DNA of 62,075 nt, the filler included. It is 15 parts of 15 records of this genome, joined end to end, with 100 filler letters (N's around TTAATTAATTAA, not from the genome) between each part and the next. Parts side by side here need not be neighbours in the genome. Positions count along the whole stretch, not along the records: positions 53,261 to 58,001 come from SRR7504441_11043; positions 58,102 to 62,075 come from SRR7504441_11045; 13 more parts are not named here. One strand, 5' to 3'. The notes below the pieces were generated by a model. That model saw only the letters and a program-made list of their open reading frames with translations, was not told the origin of the DNA and did not search any database. The first letter of the stretch is position 1. Each line of letters begins with the position of its first letter. A program made the position numbers and the translations under genes. This document shows positions 55,226 through 62,075 of this stretch, piece by piece.

Positions 55226-57916
55226 TCAAACCTTGCGAGCCGCAGGATGCACCGCAGCACGCTGTTTGTGCGCTTCGAGGTGCTCGGCCGACCACAGCGA
55301 CACGCCCAGCTGGTCCTGCATGCTGCGTTAGGAGCCGGGCAAAGGGCACAGGACCTCCTTGAGCAGTGGCTGCGCCATCTCACGGAGGAAAGTCTTTGTG
55401 ATCATGAGCGCCTCGTCGCTCGACAGACTTTGATCGCCCTCCAGAAGCGTATCCCTCACCCACTTTGGCAGTTTGTCCCGCTTGTCGCTCCGCGAGTAGC
55501 GCTGATCGGCCAGCACCATGATCCCGTAGTCGGCCTTGGAGCGGACTACCCGTCCAAGGCACTGAGACGCCTGCCTAATGGCGTCGAATGTAAGAAAGTC
55601 GCCCTCGGAGATCTTGTGCTTTTCGCGCATGTAGGCCAGCCGCGCCTTGAGCACGTTGGACTCCGTGTACTGAAACGGCACTCCAATCATCACCACACAC
55701 CGACCATAGTGCCGGTCAAAATCTATCCCCTCAGCCACCTTGCCCCTAGCCACCTGCCTCTCGCTCAGCCTCTCACCGGCACCAACAGCTCACCGAGAAG
55801 AAGATCGCTCCACGACCGCTGTCGCACGCCCGCCGGTAGTTTTGAAGCGCCAGGGAAGTCTCGAGCATGTCGGTGGTTTCTATAAATAAGATCTTGTTTG
55901 CACAGATCTTCTCGAGCGCATGTGTCTTGTGCCACTCATTTATGATCTCCTCCATGTATCTATACGAAGTGAAGAAGCACACCATCCCATCCGGCACGAT
56001 TGCTGTCAATTCAATAAGCAGATGCGCGTAATTATTCACCACCGCCGCGTCACTTCGCACCTCAAATTTGGTCGATATGGGCACCTGATCGCTCCCACGG
56101 GCCACGATTACTGGGTGAATACAATTGCGTGAGAGAGACATGGGGAGAGACTTGGCCACCACAGGCCGGATCCCGAGGATTTTCTCATAGAACCCAATCG
56201 GCGAGAGCGTGCCAGAGGTGATGACCACAGACCGAAACTTCTCAAGCACCGGCTTCATAGCCAACGAGGCGTCGTTACAACACAGCTGGAGCACAGGGTT
56301 TGGCACGTTCGGGTAGCGCTCGTCGATCGGTTCGATTATCACCGCAAACCCCTCCGTGTAGGTACCCACCTGTGGCCGATCAGGCGCGCCAGCGGCGGGC
56401 GGGCACCAGCGTGGCGAGGTCGGCTACCAGGTTGATTGGCGTGAACTCGTCCATATCGGCCACCTCCAGAGTCTTGAACAAAGTCGAGAGCAGCGACGAG
56501 CAAAACCTTCCAACCCGCTGCGGCCGGTCCGGCACCCGTGGCACCGTAGCGTACGAGCATCCACCCCGCCGACAGCCGCCCCAGTCTCTGTGTAAAGCCG
56601 CTGTCGGAACTCATTCTGTCTTTCCACTCAGCAGAGGCGTGCAGGCGGGAGCATACCGGGGTCTCCTGGGTGAAGCTGACCGAGTGTAGCCGGTCTTTAA
56701 GGTGGTACACCACCCGGCGCATCACCGAGATAAAGTTCTGGGCCTTTCGAATGTTTCCCGGGATCGCCTCCTGGATTAGGTCCGGCGTGAGCACAGGGTT
56801 CGCAAACACTGTCGGATCCGTCCCCGAATTGCCGCTAGAGAGGCCCTGCAGCAAGCTCTGGAACTCATTCCGGAGCCGCTGCTCGTCTAAAGATCGAGCC
56901 TGGCCAGCCGTCAGCGGGCCATTGGCCAGAGAGCTGCCTTATCAACTTCTGAGGAAAGCTTGGACAGATTGGCCGAAGCGCGGCTGAGCGTCTGTTGGTT
57001 GACGGCCACTGTCATGACCTCAATGCACACGTTGTCTATGTTATGGGCTTCGTCAAACACCACCTGCGCTGCCGGTGCGCCCGAGCCGTGCCCCGGCTGT
57101 CACCACAGAATTGTCGCACAGTTCCCTCGATATCAGGTTGGAGATCTTTGGGTCCAACACATACTGATAATTATACACAATTATATTCGCCCGCGCCATC
57201 ATTCTGCCCCGGGTCACCGGCGCCCGAGCCGCTGGCAGCACCGGCGGGCCAGAAAGTAGGGGCATATCGCCTTCTGCTGGCCATATGCTTTGATATCCGC
57301 CAGCGAAAAGCACCCCAGCGGCATTGCCCCGTCAGCCCCTAGCTCCTCGAGATCCTCATAGAACGAGCACACCGGCACCGAGCTGTCGCGCGCCTTGGCC
57401 TCCCGCACCCACGGCGCGGTCAGATTCCGGCATTGGGCGTCGCACTTCTCGCGCTCCGAGTCTGCGCTCACCGTCGGATGGATGCACATGTTTCTCCGGG
57501 ACGAGAGCCCGAGCGCCAGTGTGGCCGGGGCCGGGCCGCCGAGCTCCTTTGCCCGGTACTCGACCACCACCTTGGCCTCCTCGAGCACCTTGTCAATCTC
57601 CGGGACAGTCCTGGTGCAGTACACCAGCCGCGAGACCGCTGGGTTGGCCGCCTGGTAACTGGTGATCAGGCTGAGGATCGTGACGGTCTTCCCAGTGCCT
57701 GTGGGCATCTGCCAGCCCCTGTCAGCCCCAGCCGGGCTCCGGGCCCACCTCGAGGCAGGCGTGCCCGCCCTGGGCGCCGCCGGTGGTGTTTGTGGCCCCG
57801 ATGTTGGTCTGCCCGGCGTCCAGCGCCCGCTTGAGCTCGAGCATGTAGCTGTACTGCTCCGGGTACACGTAGTCGTACGGGAAGAGCACCTCCAGGTCCT
57901 CCACCATGAACCGCAT
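55226..57916 (-). CDS. ERCC2: TFIIH helicase XPD/Rad3; 9 introns
   Basis: [75 protein letters not shown]. Introns at 57709-57748, 57204-57241, 57064-57103, 56900-56937 (GC), 56616-56656, 56507-56544, 56370-56406, 55754-55793 and 55316-55354. Confidence 0.97.
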
Positions 57917-58101
57917 CGCGACCCACCTCCGCGCCCGGCTCCCGTATGCGTACCAGCTCGCAGCTTCGGTTCCGTTGTGACGGACGATTGACTGATCCGA
58001 ANNNNNNNNNNNNNNNNNNNNNNNNNNNNNNNNNNNNNNNNNNNNTTAATTAATTAANNNNNNNNNNNNNNNNNNNNNNNNNNNNNNNNNNNNNNNNNNN
58101 N

Positions 58102-61100
58102 GAAGAAGGCGGCAGCAGAAGAGGCAGAGCTTAAGAAGGTCGAAGAGGCGAAGGAGGCCGCATCTCAGGCCAAGGCAAAAGCTGAAGCTGATGCAGAGAA
58201 AGTTGGTACAGAGGCCACAGCAATCGAAGGAACTGACGACGAGAAGGCTGCGGAGGCCACCACAAAAGCAAAGGAGGCACAAGCTAAAGCTAACGAGGCT
58301 AAGGAGGAGCAGGCCAGGGTTGAAAAAGAGCAAGAGGAGGCCAAGGCTGCCGTGATGAAGGCCGAGGCGGAGGCAAAAGCAGCAGATGCGAAACGAGAGG
58401 CGGCCAAGAAGAAGGCGGTGGAAGAGGAATTGAAGCTTAAGAAGCTTGAGGACGCTAAGATAGCTGCGGCTGAGGCGAAGACTCGTGATGACGAAGCTCT
58501 GATTAAAGCTAAAGCTGAAGCCAGTTCTCAGGCAAAGAAAGCAAAGAAAGCAAAGGTCGCAGCAGATGCAAAGAGCTCGAGTGCAGGCACAGCAAAAGCG
58601 GCAACGCAGAAAGCGGAAGAGGATTTGGAGAGGAAAGCTGTACAGGAGTCCCAAGCTGAGGAGGCCGCAAAGCAAGAGCGGAAGCGAGTCAAGCAAGTGC
58701 AGGCAGCGGAGGCTAAGGCTGCAAAGATGGAGCAGGCCGCTGCTGAGGCAACTGCCGCTGTACAGCAGACAAAGAAAGACCAGGAGAGGCTTGCAGCAAA
58801 CGCTGAGGCTGCTGCCAAGCAGGCGCAGAGTGCAGTTGAAAAGGCGCAGGAAGACAGGCAACAAATACAGGTCGCAGCGGCAAGGGAGAAAGCCGCAGCA
58901 ACCCAATCAAGGGCGGATGCAAAGCTCAAGGTAAAGCAGGCAGAGGAGGTCAAGAAACAGACCGAGGCCAAAATCGCCAAGGCTGAGGCGGACGCGGCAA
59001 AAGAGCACGCAAAAGCCAAGAAAGGTCAAGAGAAGGCTCTGGCGCAAGTTGCCGAGAAGAAGGCTGAGGATGTCAAGGCAGAAAAGGTGGTCAAGGTGGA
59101 GCTCTCTTCCGAGGAGCTCGCAGCTGCAGCCAAGACAGCAATGGTGCTGGCATTCAAGGCCACGGTGCAAGCTCAGGACGCCGCTGAGTCGCATCACACG
59201 CTAGCCAAACAAGCGAGCAGCGACACAGCAACACAGCGTGACGTGGAGGCTGAAGCGCGTGCTGCAGTCAGGTCTCGCCAACTGTCGCGCGCAGCCCAGC
59301 AAGCACAGGATGATGCGACCAGAGCAGTTGCGAGGGCGCGCGCCTCTGCTGCAGACCAGGTGAAAATTCAGCACGGGGTGGCCGGACTGGCGGCTCTAGC
59401 AGCTGCGCCGGTCAAGACTTCCTCAGTCGAGGTGCAGCGAGCTAAGGAGACGAGCAAGCTGCGGACTGAGGAGGCCCATCAGGCCACTGCTGATGCAGCA
59501 AGGGCGGTGGAGGCAGTGAGCCGAGCCACGCTCAAGCTCAAGCAGTTGGAGGTCCGAGCTCGCTTACCAGCAGCTGCTGAGAAGCTCAAGATCCAAGCAG
59601 TCGCGATGACAGCTCAAGTGCAGGAGATGCGCGAGAGTGCACTGGGACTGGTGGGCAAAGCTGAGGCGGCGAAGCGGACAGCCAAGGAAGCAGCTGCAAG
59701 AGCGCTGGCCTTGAAGCGGCGGTCGGAGGAGGTAGCGCTCCGGTCAACTGTGGCGCAGGAACAGATGCTTGCCAAAGCCGAGTTTGAGCAGGAAGCCGTT
59801 GAGAGGAAGCGGCTGGCAGATTTGGAGGGAGCTGAAGTCAAAGCACGGACAGAGGAGGACAAGGCGAGTGCACAGGCTGCAAATGCTGCAGCTGTCCAGG
59901 CACAGGTGGCGGCCGCTGCGGTCAAGCGTCACGCTGCAGCCACCGCTCAGGCAGCTGAAAACGCCCGGAGAGCTGCAGCCACAAAGGCGGCAAAGGCTGC
60001 TGCGGCGGCGACACGAGCTGCAGACGAGAAAGCCAAAGCAGCTGCTCGGTTGCAAGCTGCAAAGGACGCCGTGAAAGCAGCAGCGGAGGCCCAGAAGCGT
60101 ATTGGGCAGCAGGCAAGTGAGGTGGAGCAAAAGTTGATCAAGTTGGACACAGCCAAGGACGCAGCGGCGGACGCGGCTATGATGGCCAAGGCCGAAGTGA
60201 AGGCCAGCTGCGGGCGAGAATCATCAGCCAAGTGCATCACTGCCAAGCGCAAGTTCAAGAAACTGGAGGCCGAGAGCAAGAGGGTGGAGGAGGAGATGAA
60301 GCGGGCCACAGCCGAGCAAGGTGCCCTGACTGAGCGAGCAGCCAAGGCAGTCACAGCAATGAGTGAAGCTGTGGCGAAGCAGCAAGCTGCAGAGAAGCGG
60401 GAGTCTGATGCAGTCGAGGCGGCAGTTTCGTCGCAAGAAGCTGCATCGGAAGCTGCAGCGGACAGAGAGACAGCAAAGGCGCAGGCACAGCAGGCCCATG
60501 CTAAGCATCAAGAGGCGAGTGCTGCGCACGAGCAGACAGCGGCGACAGAGGGCCAGCCACCAGTCAACACTCAGCTCATCTCAGACCACATTGCCCAGAT
60601 TGCCGCGGCCGCAGCTCAGAATGCTGAGCAGCAGTCACTGGCTGAGTGTGAAGCACGGGCAGTGTCCGCCCACCAAAGCGCAGAAAAAAGCGCGGAGGCC
60701 TCGATGAGGGCATTCGAGTCGGATGCCAGTTCGGCTTCGGAGAACGAGGCGGCAATTGCACATCGGCAGGCGGTTCTGGACAAGTTGATGCAAGATCGCA
60801 AGGAAGCGAGCGATCAGTGCAAGGTAGCCGCCCAACTAGCTGGCGAGAGGGCGCGAGGCGAGCTCACGTCAGTGGCCCACGAGATCGTGCAAGTTGTCTC
60901 GCAGGCCGCTGGTGGCTCCGCTCCGCTCGCACTAGCCATCCACGACGCGGCGCTCGCCTCAAAGACTGCCGCTGACCAGGCTCGGGGCCTGAGCGAGCTG
61001 AATGCGCGCGCAACGGCCAAGCTGCAGGCGGTGCAGGCTGCGAGTGGCGTCAAGCTCAAGCAGGCCGTCAAGCACGCCGTGGAGGCGCAGGCGGCATATC

Positions 61101-61999
61101 ACATGCAGCAAATGATGGTAGACGAAGCCCGTGCTGAGCTCGCCCCGACTCAGGCCGAAGTGGACTCAGACGTGGAAAAGGCGCAGAACAAAGCCGCCGC
61201 GCTCGTCTCCGCGGCTGATAGCGAGGCGGCCGCGGCCAACCAGCGTGCCAATGACGCAGTGAAGAGCGCCAATCTAGCAGTGGATGCGGCCAAGCGGAAA
61301 GCCAAAGTGAGGATCGAGCAAGAGTTGGCGGATGAGCTCACCCGGATCAAGACTGAGAAGGAGCAGGTGAGACAGAAGGCGCAGCTCGAGATGGACTCGC
61401 TCAGTCCGGAGCTGACTGGCGATCAGATCTTCGAGCAGGAAAGGACGATCAAGACAGCCCGCGACAAGGTTCTGGCTGGGATCGAGAGTAAAGCGGAGCA
61501 CGCTAAGAAGCTGGCTCAGGAGACACAGGATCGGTTCTGCGACAGACTCGACCAGCACCATGAAGCGCTGCGCAGGGTGGCGCAACTCACGGCTGCCAAG
61601 ATGAGCAAGAGAGTGTCAGAAGCCAAAAGGAAGGCGCAGGCGCTCGTGCGCAAGAGCCGGGACGAAGCCAAGGCAGAACTGATCAAGGCGTCTACAGGGC
61701 TAACTGCGAAGGAGGCCAAGAAGCATCAGCTGAAAGAAGCGGCCGAACAGGCTGAGGAGCTGCTCGAGAGCATGAAAGCTAACGTCAAGGCTGTCCAAAA
61801 GGCAGCTGGTCAAAAGGAAACCGCAGGATTGGCTGGGCGGCGGACTGCATTGCGAACCAGTGCTCTCAAGGCCAAGAAGCTAGTTCGCGCGATGGAGCAG
61901 GAGCAGAGCAAGCAAGAAAGCCAAGTGCGGAAGGTGGAGGATACGTTCGAAACCATGATGAATGTCGAGACGTCGATGGCCTCCGAAGAACAAAGTTAG
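58102..61999 (+). CDS. Giant intronless Ala/Lys/Glu-rich coiled-coil protein (5'-truncated)
   Basis: Open frame from the contig edge to TAG at 61999, with a helical low-complexity composition. Confidence 0.85.
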
Positions 62000-62075
62000 G
62001 TCAGCTCAAAACAACCGAGCGATAGAGCGTCGAGCCCGATTCACCATAGATTCACCATTTATTAAAAATATTAGA

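Noticed and set aside
57770-57817. Non-canonical intron in the first exon of XPD
   Set aside because: The extra 15 or so codons ([15 protein letters not shown]) are in frame and look coding. A GC-AG intron of 48 nt is possible but not required.
3989-58101. Periodic TTAATTAATTAA as a telomere, nanochromosome end or biological repeat
   Set aside because: It is always centred in exactly 44+44 Ns and cuts genes mid-frame, so it is an assembly linker. Adjacency across it means nothing.
11081-61719. Long antisense and alternate-frame ORFs over the coiled-coil and GC-rich genes
   Set aside because: These are expected shadows of biased codon usage and show no motifs.
1-62075. CRISPR arrays, rRNA, tRNA or transposase genes
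   Set aside because: None recognised by eye. tRNAscan-SE and Rfam searches are needed to exclude small RNAs.

Overview
This is eukaryotic nuclear DNA from a GC-rich, very gene-dense protist, and it is not one locus. It is 15 short contigs (about 3.1-5.4 kb) joined by 14 artificial 100-nt spacers (44 N + TTAATTAATTAA + 44 N). Hand-splicing gives about 30 genes or gene fragments. Recognisable products: NAT10/KRE33, XPD/ERCC2, XMAP215/CKAP5, PSMG2/PAC2, a BetC-type choline sulfatase, a DddD-like double-domain class III CoA-transferase, a type B carboxylesterase, a 5'-nucleotidase-like phosphoesterase, a CDC123/R2K-like ATP-grasp protein, an EF-hand/Calx-beta/ABC protein with a degenerate ATPase, and ankyrin, TPR, WD40, RCC1, RING, EF-hand and long coiled-coil proteins. 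The most unusual signal is the intron system. I placed about 77 introns by hand; about 67 are 35-48 nt and about 14 are GC-AG. Donors show almost no consensus beyond GY, and there is no polypyrimidine tract. One contig (7955-11028) has introns built from tandem 10-nt TTAACGGAnn units and an apparent intron being created by duplication of a CAG|GC exon segment. A YATGA(CA)TTGT motif recurs in 3' spacers, and head-to-head gene pairs lie only 56-182 bp apart. I saw no rRNA, tRNA, CRISPR or transposase genes. All exon models and family calls are manual, made by motif recognition without database searches or transcript data.
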